64,000 nucleotides of DNA, taken from assembly GCF_009914755.1 (NCBI RefSeq), contig NC_060926.1; one strand, 5' to 3'. Under the pieces are notes generated by a model. The model ran no database searches. It had not been told where the DNA came from and saw only the letters and a list, made by a program, of their open reading frames with translations. How positions within the stretch are numbered: position 1 is the stretch's first letter; every line of letters starts with the position of its first letter. Below are positions 1 through 15,600 of the stretch, one piece after another. Both the position numbers and the translations under genes were made by a program. This DNA comes from the human T2T-CHM13v2.0 reference genome, Homo sapiens.

Positions 1-224
1 AAATGAATCTTGACGAGTGAGCTGCCATCATTTCTGTGGCAGTCTTTACCAATACTGTTAAATTTCTACCCATTGGATTTTTCAGGCTTCTAATTATTGG
101 TATGTATATTATATGTGGTGTTTGTGTAGCCACTCAGGATTTTAAATTTGCTTTGGTTTGGTTTTTTTCATGTTGAATTAGGTGGGAATGTTTGAAATAA
201 ACAAGAAGATAAGGGAAGGGCTCT

Positions 225-450
225 TTTCTTTCCTTTTAAGTTCCAGGATACATATGCAGAACGTGCAGGTTTGTTACTTAGGGATACGTGTGCCAAAGTG
301 GTTTGCCGCACCTGTTGACCCTTCCTCTAACTTCCCTCCCCTCGCCCCCCACCTCTCAGCAGGCCCTGGTGTGTGTTGTTCCCCTCCCTGTGTCCATGTG
401 TTCTCATTGTTCAACTCCCACCTATGAGTGAGAACATGCAGTGTTTGTTT
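225..450 (-). mobile_element. L1PA (older, ~L1PA13-16) 3' end fragment
   Basis: ttttaagttccaggatacat...gtgagaacatgcagtgtttg is the reverse complement of an L1PA 3' UTR end. Confidence 0.8.
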
Positions 451-2222
451 TTATTTCTATTTGTGGCCATCTTCTTGGATCCCGTCAGCCAAACTGGTCT
501 TTTCTTTTTCTGAATCCGTGTAGCAGTTTAACTGTATGTCTATTAAGATTCCTCAGTGTTGTAGTTACATGCGTGAACCTCTCTTCTCTACCCTGTTAGC
601 CTGTTGACTACCCTGTTCTTGCTTCCTTTTTTTACCCGCACTCAATGCATCTAGCCAAAAATAGCTTTGTTGTTGTTGCAGTTGTTCTTAACTGTTCTGG
701 CTGGCTGAATCACATTTAGAATGGCTTTAATAATAAGGAAGGCTTCTTGTTGACTTTAATGAATTCATTCAAGATATAATGTGTATGGTAGGTACAGATG
801 TCACAGTCTTAAAGAGGGTTAAAGAATATCACTGCTTTGTATGGTATAGAGCTTGATGGTGTATGGCCACACTCTGACAATATCCTGGAAGGTTCTCTGG
901 ATTTCTTGCTGTAATTCTTTCTAGTTTATTGTCTGTGTATAATTAGACAGTGCTTTCTAAGTAGCAAAACTTGGTTGTAGATACTGATGCAGCTTAGCAA
1001 AAAATGTTCTATGATGGCAGTTAGTCCAACTTTTATCTTCTTCAGGGCCATCAGGCCTCTGTAATAATTAGAATCCATAAAAACTGGCTATATTCTAGAC
1101 TAATATAAAAGTTTTATGTTCTTCAGTGATGTCTCAAGCACATCATAAAGCATCAGTGATCTTTCCAACAATGTTCCTTTGTGCCGGTGATTTGGGTGAT
1201 CGGAAAAGTTTGCCAGTGGAAGAACCACTTGCTGCCCTGATAAGGAACCAATATTACTATATTTCAAAAAAAAAAAAAAAAAAAAACCCTCTAGGCTTAC
1301 CTAAAGGACATGAGTAGAGGTAAGGTTTTATATATCAGAGTGATGTTGTAGCCAAGTTACAGTCTCTATGGGGTAAATGAGAAATAATCTTGATCATCAC
1401 GATGATGGGCTCATTTTTCAAACTACCTCTGTGTTGACCATGCTATCTGCCTTATTGCCTTCATTAAAACATAGCTGTCTCCTGACTCCATGCCTCTTCC
1501 TTGTTTCCCTCTCAAGCGCTGTTCATTTTCTCATATCTCACTACCATATAATGTTCTTAATTTACCTCTGATTTATCCATCCTCGGTAAAAAAAAATACC
1601 GAGTCAAAAAACATTTTTTTGAGCCTTTTGTCATCTAAATATAGCAACTTTTACCTCTCTCAGAAATCAGTCAACCCTTCACTACATCCTCTGCCTCAGC
1701 CTTCATTTCACTGGAGAGGGGAGACTTAGCACCTGGCTCAGTCTTCCATTCCCTCTCTAGTCTAGCCACATTCTTAGGTAAGTTCACCGTCTGCATGATA
1801 ACTCATGCCAGTTCCATGATCTCCTCATTATTCACACTACTTCATAGTTTGGATCTTGTCTTCAGGAATTGCTCCACCTGTTAAACGTTAAATTGCAACA
1901 TCTCACTCTCTAGGCTGTTTTTACTCTCATTAAGATCTCTCTTCCCTTAATACCCTTATGCTTTTTCCCTATCCATAATCATCCTTCTGTGTTCATGCTT
2001 TTCTCTCTTATCGGTTATACTCTGTGGTCCATTGTTTAAACCAAACTCTTGCTAGTATTTGAACACCTTATCCCTGTTGCTCTTGGGTGGCACACAGTCA
2101 GCAGAAGTGCATTCCTGGGTCTTGCCTGCTGCTTGCCTTCTCTATACCTGTACTAGCATTTAGCTCTGCTGGAGAAAATCCCCTAAACCATGCAGATTAC
2201 TGCCAAATAAACTCTTGGTTGC

Positions 2223-2951
<729 letters not shown>

Positions 2952-4839
2952 CGGTTGCTGACTTCAATGCTGGCTGACCATTTTTCTGTTTCCCTAGTCA
3001 ACCATTCCATTCTCTGCAGTAGCAATTTCAAGCCTCCTCTGCCCATCCTCAACATCTTGTCCCTGTGTCTCTTATCTTTAAGCTCTAACTTACCAATCCT
3101 TCCTTATTGTCAGCATTTAATATTGTTCAAATGTCTTTAGTCTTTAAAAAGGAAAAAAAGACTTAAAAAAAACCATGCAACTACACGGACACTTTTTATA
3201 ACCCCCTCACCATGCACCCCTACTCCAAGCTTCTACACTACATCTTTCTTTGCTTCAGATATAAACTTCTTGGAAGAGCTGTTGATGAACTGTCATCACA
3301 CCCTTATTCCCTAATAACTTCAAAACTTTTTGTGATCAGTCTTCTACCTCTTAGATTCCGCTAAACCTGAACACTCTCAAGTGACCACCTTGTGGTAAAT
3401 CCCAGACCTTGTCCTTTCTTGCTCTGTCACTAACACTTGATCCTAATGGACACCCCCTTCCTCTAGAAACATTCTCTGCCTTGAGACCAGCTTAGGGAGA
3501 ACTAGTGAAAAGGACAGAAGTAGAAGACTTCTGAGATCTCTTTTAATTCTAATATTTGATAATTTTCTGAGATTTCAAGAATCTTCTGTTCTCTTTTTTA
3601 ATAGAACTTCTAGGCAATTTGTGGTTATTTAAACATGGTAGTTTTTTTTTTATGATGTTGAGACTGCGGGACGCAACATCTTTCTCATGCGGTTACTGTA
3701 ATTTCAAAGGGATTATTTTTGGTAACTATTTGTTATTGTTAAATTTCTCAGAAATAGAAAAGCACTCTAGGGAAACTTTAAATAGACATGAGCGCTACTG
3801 AATTTAAAATCCTAAGATCTGAAGATACAGACTTTGATGCATTAAACTAGTCTTTTGAAGTTCTGAAGTCTGACAAGTCCTCTTGTAACATTATAAGGAT
3901 TTTATGTTTATAAAAATAGGCTTATTATCTAATTTGATTTTTCAAAGACAACAGGATGGTGAAGTTGTAATATAAGAGAAAGAAGAAACTGAACATTGTA
4001 AAAGTTAAGCAAAACTTGAATTGTTTATAATTTCCTCTTTCCTAACAATATCTTTAGTATGAATAACTCATTTGTTTATGGTACCTTTTTTTTTTAAGAG
4101 CTGTCCTCTTAGACAAATAGTTGAACTCTATTGGAAGTAGAACAATTTGATTTTTATCCAAGATCAATGATTAAAAGATAATTGACCAGTCTTTAAGTGT
4201 TGTAGTAATTCCAAATGTCCCCAAGTCTTCCTAGCCTAAAGATACAGATGAGATTATAATAATACCAAAAAGTCCTATCTGGAAGCCTTCTTCAGCCTAG
4301 CTGCCAAACTTCAGCATCTCTCCCCAAATGTCCAACAATAATTTCCAAGTATTTCTGTCTCCTGAGCTCTGACCCTCTGGTAGAAGCCTTCCTTGCAAAA
4401 TCCATGTGAGGAAGCCACCTTGATCAGGTCACCTCATAGCTGGCTGTATAGGCCAGAAACATTGCTTCGCTGCCTAGGGCATGGCTCTGTGTGCTCCTGA
4501 CGTTTTCAACCCTCCAAGGGCCAAGTGGTTCTGGCCTCTCTCTGTCCTGAAGGAGATCCCTCCTGGGAAGCACTTCTTCACCTCCTTCAGCTTTTAATTC
4601 AAATCTTCTTTCTCTAGGACTCAGACCATATCCTTGGGGATAAACACCTTGCTCTCCTCTCCTGTCCTTTTTACCAGTTTCTGCTCATGTGGCTGTGCCC
4701 CCAAACATCCTTTTCAGAGGCTTCTTCCTCACTGCCATATCATTCATGCACATACATGGGGATGAGGAGAGTGGATGAAAATTTATACTGCAGATATTGT
4801 TAGAGCAGTTAGGAGCCAGAATTCCTAACCAGACTCTGA

Positions 4840-5218
<379 letters not shown>

Positions 5219-7321
5219 ACTTTCTGCCCTAGTTTTATTCAGCTGTAATGAATTAATAAAAGACACAATGAAATCCAGTCAAATAAAATTGCAGAAAACT
5301 TCAAAGGTTATTGAAAAAAATCTTAACATTATGAATTGCTATCAACTTGATGGACAAGATTTTGGTAAAGAGTACATTTTGTAAATTCTGCAAATTGGTT
5401 ATTTGGCATTGATCCATTAGCAAATTGGCCTGCTTTCCAGTTCATCAGATATTAAATTCCAGTTAGGTTCACTTGGGAATTCCTACAGACATAGTTCTTT
5501 CATGACAGTAAACTTGACAAAACATTTTTTTAAATATTAGATAATGTCTTCCAATTGAAATATTATTCCATGTTTAGTTTTACTGAGAACAAAATGTGTC
5601 CTCTTTGGTAGGGGAGTTGTATATGACACAATTACAATAGTTCCTCTAGGATGTTGTGTTAGAGTACTGTCCACCATAGCTGGATGCTGACTTTATTTTC
5701 AGTTGGATGAATTGAGAAAAAGGTGGATAACGAGTATGTTTATCCTAAATCAGGAGAGTGACTGAAGGATGTCATGTTGAGGGGAAAAAAAAAAAAGGAG
5801 AGAAACAGGACAGTGTATTGCTGTCATCCAGAGGGACACTTGCCTACTGAAAATGTAAATTAGACATACAACAGAGTAAGAATGTCTTTCTCCTGTTCAT
5901 CTGATTCCTAAGTTGTAAAACTGTTGATGAGGTGTCTTTAAGCACTAATGTTATTGGAGTGAACTGAATGTACTTAGTACATGGCGTATCTTCTTGAAAA
6001 GCAAATGAAAAACACAAATGTGTATACACACAGATAGCTTTTATTTATAATGGTGTCTGTTTTATCTTTGATATTCAAAGCATATTAAAGTATCCAATTA
6101 TGAGTGGTGAACTTTTACCTACTAATCTTTTAGTTCGTTTTCTTTGGGTCTGCTGCTGCTCCTACTCATGTCTTTGACCAATGTTTAGTAACAGGCCAGG
6201 ATTCTTTTTCCATTCATCCATTGTTTGAAAAGGGTAAATCAAAGCATCCAAGAGGTGATTTAGACTAAGTTTTTCTTCCTTCTGTATGGCATTTTAAATT
6301 CTATTTTATGGAATTTTGTTTTGAAAGAGAGGTGATAATCATGTCTCCTTACTCAAGGACATCTGTCTGCCTTCAGTGTTGCCTTTCTGGTACATTTCAT
6401 TTTCATTTACATAATCATTCTACTCAGACTTTATCTAGAGAAGTTTTTTAGAATCTGTTATGTCCATAAGAATTCTGGATCCTTCTGCTTAGGAAAGGCC
6501 TTCATTTTAAATAAACGCCTAGTGATTTGAGAACATTTGTGAGTGAAGATGTGTCTTGAAATATCACTTAAAAATAATTTTTGCCAGCTATTTAAACTTC
6601 CATCATTGACTTTAAAATACTGTAACTAGGGCTTTTGATAGATTTTTTTTTTTGAAATTGGAAACAATAGTTGATTAGTTATTCCCTAGCTGAAACAACT
6701 TTATAGATGGCAGGGAAATCACTTGATTTATAAAAAGAAGTGAAGAATTAATTAGAAGGAATAAAAGATTTTATTTACCCTACCAAAAGGTAGTAAACCT
6801 ATTTATTACCCATTCTTATGTGAAGGTGGACATATTTTATATATATATATATTATATGTATATCTATTATTATATTCTGGGAGTGATGAGGCATGGCTTT
6901 TACAGGGAGGACGGAAATGAAGAAGCAAATTACATATTTACTTTGGAATGGAAACTTGACATTAAAACAGATCATCTTATGTTTCACTGTTTGAAACTCA
7001 GTAAGAGTTTCAGAAACTAATTATTTAGCAGCAGGTAGTGGCATGGAAATATATTAAATATACATAGAAAACTCTGATACTTGAGCAAGGAAAAGGGCTA
7101 GGTTACTTTATTTTTACACAAATAAAACAAAGTTCAAAGGCGTTAAATATCATTAAAATAAATACTAAGTACTAATAACCAGCAAAGAAATGCCTAGCCA
7201 AGACTAGATATCACAGATGAAATACACTGCATGATTTGTAACATCAAAGCTGTTCTGATGTCCTAAATGTTCCCTCTTCAGTCCTTCAACTTCGAGGTAA
7301 AATTGGAGAGCTGATATATGT

Positions 7322-7549
7322 ATTGTGACTTTTGCAGTTTAGGGCATTAGAAAATCAGTTTGTATAACTGAAATTGGAACTAAATGTTATAGCTATTGAG
7401 GAAAATAATGTTACTTTCCAAACTAGAGTATAGTGATTGTGACTTTTGCAGTTTAGGGCATTAGAAAATCAGTTTGTATAACTGAAATTGGAACTAAGTG
7501 TTATAGCTATTGAGGAAAATAATGTTACTTTCCAAACTAGAGTATAGTG
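7322..7549. repeat. 114-bp tandem duplication, 2 copies, 1 mismatch
   Basis: attgtgacttttgcag...agagtatagtg at 7322-7435 and 7436-7549; the only difference is taaat vs taagt. Confidence 0.95.
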
Positions 7550-8597
7550 ATCAACTTGCTAAACTACCCCATCACATCTGTAAAATGAAAATACCTGCTT
7601 CGGGATTACTGTCAGGAACAAATGACTTCTGTGTAAAGAGCTTAGCTCAGTACCGAGACCACCCTAGTAGTGTTCCATACATCACCAAAATTATTACTAA
7701 TGAACTGTTTAAGGATAATTTTCAGCTGCTGAGCTTTGAGTTTAGCATTGGCCTTAAGTACAATATTTATGTTGCATCCTTTAAGGTCAACAAATGAAAG
7801 AGTGCTTTTAGAATTTATTTTTTTGACTTTAAACAAAGTAGTATGTTTAATTTTTAAATTATTGTCTCCAACTCTTAGAAACAACTGTTCTATACATTCA
7901 TGTTATGTGTGTTATATTACTGATAGAATAATCATTCCTACAAAGTTTTATTGACCACCTGCTGTAACCAGGCTCTGAAAAAACCAAAGTTAATAAAACA
8001 TAGACATGTCTTCCCTAATAGACTAGAGCCCACAGTCTATTAAGGGAGACAGACAGGTGAACAGTTAATAACACCCTGCACACCATTTCAGCTTTCTTTG
8101 CTTATCCCTTTGCCTCAAATACTATCTAGTCCAGAGCTGAATACCTATACACCTTGAAAATTGGCTTGGTTATTGCCCTTCTTAGAAACTTTCTTGCCTC
8201 ACGCCTTCTACCATAGTTAGTCACTCCTTCCTTTGAATGTTCCTATATCTTCTACATTTTTACACTGTTGTCCTCATCACATAGTATAATAATTTGTTTA
8301 TTTACAAGCTTACCTCCCCTACCAGACTGTTAATGTCATGAGAGGTATTGTTCATCTTTGTGATCCCAGCCCTAGCGCAGGACTTGGTACTTACTAAGCA
8401 CTCCATATATGTGAATGAATGGATACTGTCAACCTTTTTGCCCTCTTCAATCTGTTTCCCATATTCCAACATGCACCTTTGAAAGACACTGACAGAACAT
8501 CAAAGAAATGAACCAAAACTCGGGCATGGAAAGGAAAATTGAAAAACCAATTCACTTGATAGGAAAGCATTATTTTTCTTTCCTAACTTAATATTCA

Positions 8598-8812
8598 TAG
8601 ACCAAACTGGGCAACATAGGGAGACCCTGTCTCTACAAATAATAAAATATTAGCCAGGCATGGTGGCACATGCCTGTAATCCCAGCTACACGGGAGGTTG
8701 AGGTGAGAGGATGGCTTGAGCTTGCTTGGGAGGTCGAGGCTGCAGTGAGCTGCAATTGCACCACCATACTCCAGCCTGGGTGACAGAGCAAGACCCTGTC
8801 TAAAGAAAAAAA
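8598..8812 (+). mobile_element. 5'-truncated AluJ
   Basis: ctgggcaacatagggagaccctgtctctac...gaggtcgaggctgcagtgagc...A tail. Confidence 0.85.
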
Positions 8813-9099
8813 GAGATATATTAATGTATAGTAAAGTCCTATTAATGTCAGTTTCTCGATTGAAAATGAATTATGTTGTTTATAAAACTGAACTGAGATA
8901 TCATATAATTATTTCAAAGACAGAGTTGCTAAGCAGAGTAACAATTTGATTAAAACTGCTGAAGATTGTTTAATCCATTACATACATTTTAGTAGCATCT
9001 ATTTAAATATATTTAGTTACACATTGATTACAAATAATCATCTACTTATTAAAGTAGGTCCAATAGGACCTGTTATTTACCAATCTGCTACTAACACTT

Positions 9100-9960
9100 A
9101 TTTTAAAAATTGTTACTGATATGTAACAGTTGTATGTATTTTGGGGGGCATATGTGATATTTTGATAACTGTATACAATGTGTAACAATCAACTCAGAAT
9201 AATTGGACTGTCACCTCAAACATTTATCTTTTCACATTAGAAACATTTATTAATAATTCTTGCCTTCTAGCTATTTTAAATATATGCAATACATTATTAA
9301 CTATAATTTCTCTACCATACTAGAACTTACTCCTTCTAACTATTTTTGTACATCTTAACCAACTTCTCTACATCCCTCCCGACTTTCCCCTTCCCTTGCC
9401 AGCCTCTGGTAACCATAATTCTGCTCTCTGCCTCCATGAGATCCACTTTTTTAGCACCCACATACAAGTAAGAATGTGAGATATTTTGTCTCTCTGTGCT
9501 TGACTTATTTTAATATGATTACTTCCAGTTCCATCTATGTTGCTGCAAATGACAGAATTCCATTCTTTTTTATGGCTGAATAATATTTCATTATATATAT
9601 GGAATACATTTTCTTTTCCCATTCATCCGTTGATAGACAGGTTCTAAGTCCGTATCTTGGCTGTTGTGAATAGTGCTGCAATAAACATGAGAGTGCAGTC
9701 ATCTCTTTGACATACTGATTGATCTATGCATCTGTTTTTCTAGCAGTACCATGTTGTTTGGGTTACTCTAGCTTTGCAGCATAATTTGAAATCAAGCAGT
9801 GTGGTGCCTCCAGCTTTGTTCTTTTTGCTTAGGATTGCTTAGCTATGCAGGGTCTTTTGTGATTCTATACAAATTTTAGTATTGTGTTTTTTATTTCTGT
9901 GAGTAATGTTATTTGTATTTTGATAGGGATTATATTAACCTGCAAATTGCTTTGGGTAAT
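9100..9960 (-). mobile_element. L1MA-type 3' fragment with internal deletion
   Basis: L1MA 3' UTR motifs (ttccatctatgttgctgcaaatgacag) joined to ORF2-end sequence at ~9720. Confidence 0.75.
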
Positions 9961-10114
9961 ACTACTAGCACTTTTCTTTAATAAACTATACTTGAAGTAA
10001 GAAAGATTCTTGTAGAAATATGAACTGGAAAATAGTTTCTCTTCTAATTAATCCATTTAAAGAGCTTTTAAATGTCCTATTCTTGGTATTGAATGGCCAT
10101 AGATTAAAGGTTTA

Positions 10115-10270
<156 letters not shown>

Positions 10271-12636
10271 CTAATTCTAAAATTTTATCATTCCACTGAC
10301 TCCCCAATTCATTTTATTCCACCTATACACTAAAAAAATTACATAAGAAATGTAATATAGGTTTTATGTTTTAATAAAGTTTTCATAGTTTCACACTTGT
10401 TTTTAGGGCCTGGAAACTCAGAGATGTGCTAGGAGCCTTTTCTTTTTCATTATAAGCTTTATTGTGCTATTTGACCTTTTAATCTATGTTATTTTTAGTC
10501 TATATGTTATTCTAATAAAAATTTTAAAAAATCAAGTTTCATAAACTTGTTCCTGACAGAATACATGTGTTTCTCCATATTCAATCCTACTGATTCATAT
10601 AGTTTTTTCCGATACTTTAATGGGAAAATTTTCAAACGTATAGCAAAGTTCAAAGAGGCTTACAGCGAACACCCATACACCCACCACCTAGAGTCTCCTC
10701 CAAGCATTTATTCTACTTCCTTTATCAAGTATCTGCTTCTGTTAGAGAATTGATTAGATGAGTGTGATCCTTGATTAGAGGTCTTTTATGAATTCCTTCT
10801 TTTTTGGTTTGTTTTCTTAATTTGCATCAAGTTTTATTGCTGTTTCATTTAGCTCTGCGTGACTAAGATTCCTTTAATTGTGTGTATGTGCATGTGTATG
10901 TGTGTATACACACATCTTCACAACCAAAGTTTCCAGGTGTTTACACCAAAGTGGCCAGTTACCACTATTGGATTAACTATTATGTGGGAGGGTCTCTTAT
11001 ATCTCAGCACAATGTATAAAATTGTAATCTTTTTTTCTGTTCTCCTCTCAGGAGTTCCAGGTTAATTTAAATGAAACAATGCATAATTAATACTTCTCTA
11101 GGAAACAACAACCAAGCAGATTTTATTGGATATTTTTTAAGGCATCTACAAAGTTTATGCTACATTTGAATCTTGCTGTATAACCCTCAAATATTTTACT
11201 CAAGTATAAAATAAGCATTATTTTAATATATACCTATATTTTCCCAATAAATCATATGCCTAAAGCCTATCCCATTCAGTTATTCTGGTCTCCAGAAATA
11301 ATTGCCTGTTGACTTTATTGGTTTTGTCTTTACCTCTTTTCCTTCTCATTTATGTTTTTTAAACATTAATTTTAATCATAGCCTTTTTGTGAATAAGAGA
11401 TTTATTATGTATCCTTTATTCGTTGAAACTTGAATCAGTTTTCCCTGTGTTGTCTGGTTCATACCCATTTCTTATCACTGAAACTCTCCAGTCTCTTACC
11501 TCTTTTCTTTCTAGGGACTGCTCTGTAATATGTTATTACTGGTTTAAAGCAGCCCTCCTGACCACTATCCTTTGTGGGGGTTTTTTTTTCCCCCATTCCA
11601 CGTCTGTCTCTTAGGTCTGCCCTCTTTTTGATTTTTATAGTGGACCCAGACGTTTTCTTCTCTTAGGCTTTAGTAATTCATTCAGATCACTAATGTCTTG
11701 AGTGTAATTATGTGCCAAGCATTATTGAGCTATCAAGATGCCTCCACCATATTCCTATTCTGCTCAACTTGGATTCTTAGTGCCTCCTGAACACATTATG
11801 GCCATTCCCAACCAGAACCTGTGCCCTGGTTTGCAATGCCTTTCTCACCCATTCCTCCCTGTTTCATTCTTAACCAGTATCCTTCAGCACCTAGCTGCTT
11901 TGAGCTTTTGCTGAACTTAATGGGTACATTGAAAATGTGAAGTTTCTTTATATCAAGGTAATTTTATTTTAAGTTCCAGGGTACATGTGCAGGGTATGCA
12001 GGTTTGTTACATAGGAAAATGTGTGCCATGGTGGTTTGCTGCACCTATCAACCCATCACCTAAGTATTAAGCCCAGCATGCATTAGCTGTATTTCCTGAT
12101 GCTTTCCCCCACTCCCACCCACGGCAGGCCCCAGTGTGTGTTCTGTGTTGTTCCCCTAACTATGTCCATATGTTCTCGTTGTTCACCTCCCACTTACAAG
12201 TGAGAACATGTAGTGTTTTCTGTTCCCGGGTTAGTTTGTTGAGGATAATGGCTTCCAGCTGTATCCATGTCCCTGCAAAGGACATGATCTCACTCCTGTT
12301 GATGACAACATAGTATTCCATGGTGTATATGTACCACATTTTCTTTAGTCTGTCATTGATGGGAATTTAGGCTGATTCTGTGTCTTTGCTATTGTGACTA
12401 GTGCTGCAGTAAATACATGCGTGCATGTATCTTTCTTTATAATAGAATGATTTATGTTCCATTGGGTATATACCGAGTAGTGGGATTGCTGGGTCAAATG
12501 GCATTTCTGATTCTAGGTCTTTGAGGAATCGCCACACTGCCTTCCACAGTGGTTGAACTAATTTACATTCCCACCAACAATGTAAAAGCATTCCTCTCGC
12601 TCCACAGCCTTGCCAGCATCTGTTGTTTCATGACTT

Positions 12637-14172
12637 TTAAATAATTGCCATTTGGACTGGTGTGAGATGGTATCTCATTGTGGTTTTGATTTGCATTTCT
12701 CTGATGATCAGTGATGTTGAGCTTTTTTTCATAAGTTTATTAGCCATATAAATGTCTTCTTTTGAGAAGAGTCTGTTCATGTCCCTTGCCCACTTTTTTA
12801 ATGGGGTTGTTTTTTTTTTCTTGTAAATTTGTTTAAGTTTCTTGTTGACTCTGAGTATTAGACCTTTGTCAGATGGATAGATTGCAAAAATTTTCTCCCT
12901 TTCTGTAGAATGTCTGTTTGCTCTGATGATAGTTTCTTTTCCTGTGCTGAAGCCCTTTAGTTTAATCAGATCCCATTTGTCAATTTTTGCTTTGGTTGCA
13001 ATTGCTTTTGTCATCTTCATCATGAAATCTTTGCCCATGCTTATGTCCTGAATGGTATTGCCTAGATTTTTTTCTAGGGTTTTTATAGTTTTGGGTTTTT
13101 CATTTAAGTCTTTAATCCATCTTGAGTTAATTTTTGCATAAGGTGTAAGGAAGGGGTCCAGTTTCAGTTTTCTGCATATGGCTAGCCAGTTCTCCCAGCA
13201 CCATTTATTAAATAGGGAATCCTTTCCCCATTGCTTGTTTTTGTCAGGTTTGTCAAAGATCAGATGGCTGTAGTTGCACGGACTTATTTCTGAGTTCTCT
13301 ATTCTGTTCCATTGGTCTATGTGTCTGTTTTTGTAACAGTACCATGCTATTTTGGTTACTGTAGCCCTGTAGTATAGTTTGAAGTCAGGTAATGTGATGC
13401 CTCCAGCTGTGTTCTTTTTGCTTAAGATTGTCTTGGCTATATGGGCTTTTTGTTGGTTCCATATGAATTTTAAAAGAGTTTTTTCTAATTCTATGAAGAA
13501 TGTCAACGGCAGTTTAATGGGAATAGCATTGAATCTGTAAATTGCTTTGGGCAGTATGGCCAATTTCACGATATTGATTCTTCCAATCCATGAGCATGGA
13601 GTGTTTTTCCATTTGTTTGTGTCCTCTCTGATTTCCTTGAGCAGTGATTTGTAGTTCTCCTTGAAGTGATCCTTTACTTCCCTCGCTAGCTGTATTCCTA
13701 GGTATTTTATTCTCTTTGTATCAGTTGTGAATGGGAATTCATTTATGATTTGGCTCTCTGCTTGTCTATTGTTGGTGTATAGGAATGCTTGTGACTTTTG
13801 CACATTGATTTTGCATCCTGAGACTTTGCTGAAGTTGCTTATCAGCTTAAGAAGCTTTTGGGCTGAGGCAGTGGGATTTTCTAGATACAGGATCATGTCA
13901 TCTGCAAACAAAGACAATTTGGCTTCCTCTCTTCCTATGTAGATACCCTTTGTTTCTTTCTCTTGCTTGATTGCCTTGGCCAGAACTTCCATTACTAGGC
14001 TGAATAGGAGTGGTGAGAGAGGGCATCCTTGTTTATGCTGGTTTTTCAAGGGGAATGCTTCCAGCTTTTGCCCATTCAGTGTAATCCTGGCTGTGAGTTT
14101 GTCATAAACAGCTATTATTAATATTTTGAGGTACGTTCCTTCAGTGTCTAGTTTATTGAGAGTTTTGAACAT
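12637..14172 (-). pseudogene. L1 ORF2 remnant (RT C-half to start of C-terminal domain), 511 open codons
   Basis: [10 protein letters not shown] and [13 protein letters not shown] motifs; frameshifted upstream and stopped downstream, so non-autonomous. Confidence 0.9.
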
Positions 14173-14235
14173 GAAGGAATGTTGAATTTTATCACAGGCC
14201 TTTTCTGTATCTATTGAGATAACTATTTGTCCTTA

Positions 14236-14352
<117 letters not shown>

Positions 14353-15289
14353 TCAGTTTGCCAGTATTTTATTGAGGATTTCTGCATCGATATTCATCAG
14401 GGATATTGGCCTGAAGTTTTCTTTTTTTGATATATCTCTGCCAGGTTTTGGTATCAGGATAATACTGACCTCATAAAATGAGTTAGGGAGGGGTCCCTCC
14501 TTTTCGTTTGTTTGGAATAGTTTTGGAAGAAATGGTACCAGCTCCTTTTTGTATCTCTGGTAGAATTCGGCTGTAAATCTGTCTGGTCCTGGGCTTTTTT
14601 TGGTTGGTAGGTTATTTATTACTGCCTCAATTTCAGAACTCGTTATTGGTCTATTCAGGCATTCAACTTCTTCCTGGTTCAGTCTTGGGAGGGTGTATGT
14701 GTCCAAGAATTTATCCATTTCTTCTAGATTTTCTTTTTTTTTTTTTTTATTTGCAGAGGTGTTTATAGTATTCTCTGATGGTCGTTTGTATTTCAGTGGG
14801 GTCAGTGGTGATATCCCCTTATCATTTTGTATTGCGTCTATTTGATTCTTCTCTTTTTTCTTCTTGATTAGTCTAGCTAGCAGTCTATTTTATTAACTTT
14901 TTCAAAAAACCAGCTTGTGGATTCATTGATTTGTTTTTATTTTTGAAGTGTTTTTCATATCTCTGTGTCCTTCACTTCTGCTCTGATCTTGGCTATTTCT
15001 TGTCTTCTGCTAGCTTTGGAGTGTGTTTGCTCTTGGTTCTCTAGTTCTTTTAGTTGTGATGTTAGGATGTCAATTTGAGATCTTTCTAGCTTAGTGTGGG
15101 CATTTAGTGCTATAAATTTCCCTCTTAACACTGCTTTAGCTGTGTTCGAGATTCCAGTACATTATCTCTTTGTTCTTATTGATTTCAAAGAACTTCTTGA
15201 TTTCTGCCTTAATTTCATTATTTACCTAGGAGTCATTCAGGAGCAAGTTGTTCAATTTCCATGTAGTTGTATGATTTTGAGTGAGTTTC

Positions 15290-15600
15290 TTTTTTTTTTT
15301 CTTTTCTTTTTTGTTTGAGATAGATAGAGTCTCACTCTGGGTCCAGGCTAGAGTGCAGTGGCGTGATCTCGGCTCACTGCAACCTCCGCCTCCCGGTTCA
15401 AGTTATTCTCCTGCCTCAGCCTCCCAAGTAGCTGGGAATACAGACATGCACCAGCATGCCAGGCTAATTTTTGTATTTTTAGTAGAGATGGGGTTTCACC
15501 ATGTTCGCCAGGCTGGTCTCAAACTCCTGACCTCAAGTGATCCGCCCACCTCAGCCTCCTAAAGTGCTGGGATTCCGGACATGAGCCACTGCACCCGGCC
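15290..15600 (-). mobile_element. AluS (Sx/Sz-like) inserted in the L1PA
   Basis: Reverse-complement full Alu; TSD core TGAGTTTC on both sides. Confidence 0.9.

Noticed and set aside
7322-7549. CRISPR-like or functional repeat array
   Set aside because: Two adjacent copies with no spacers, in human intronic DNA.
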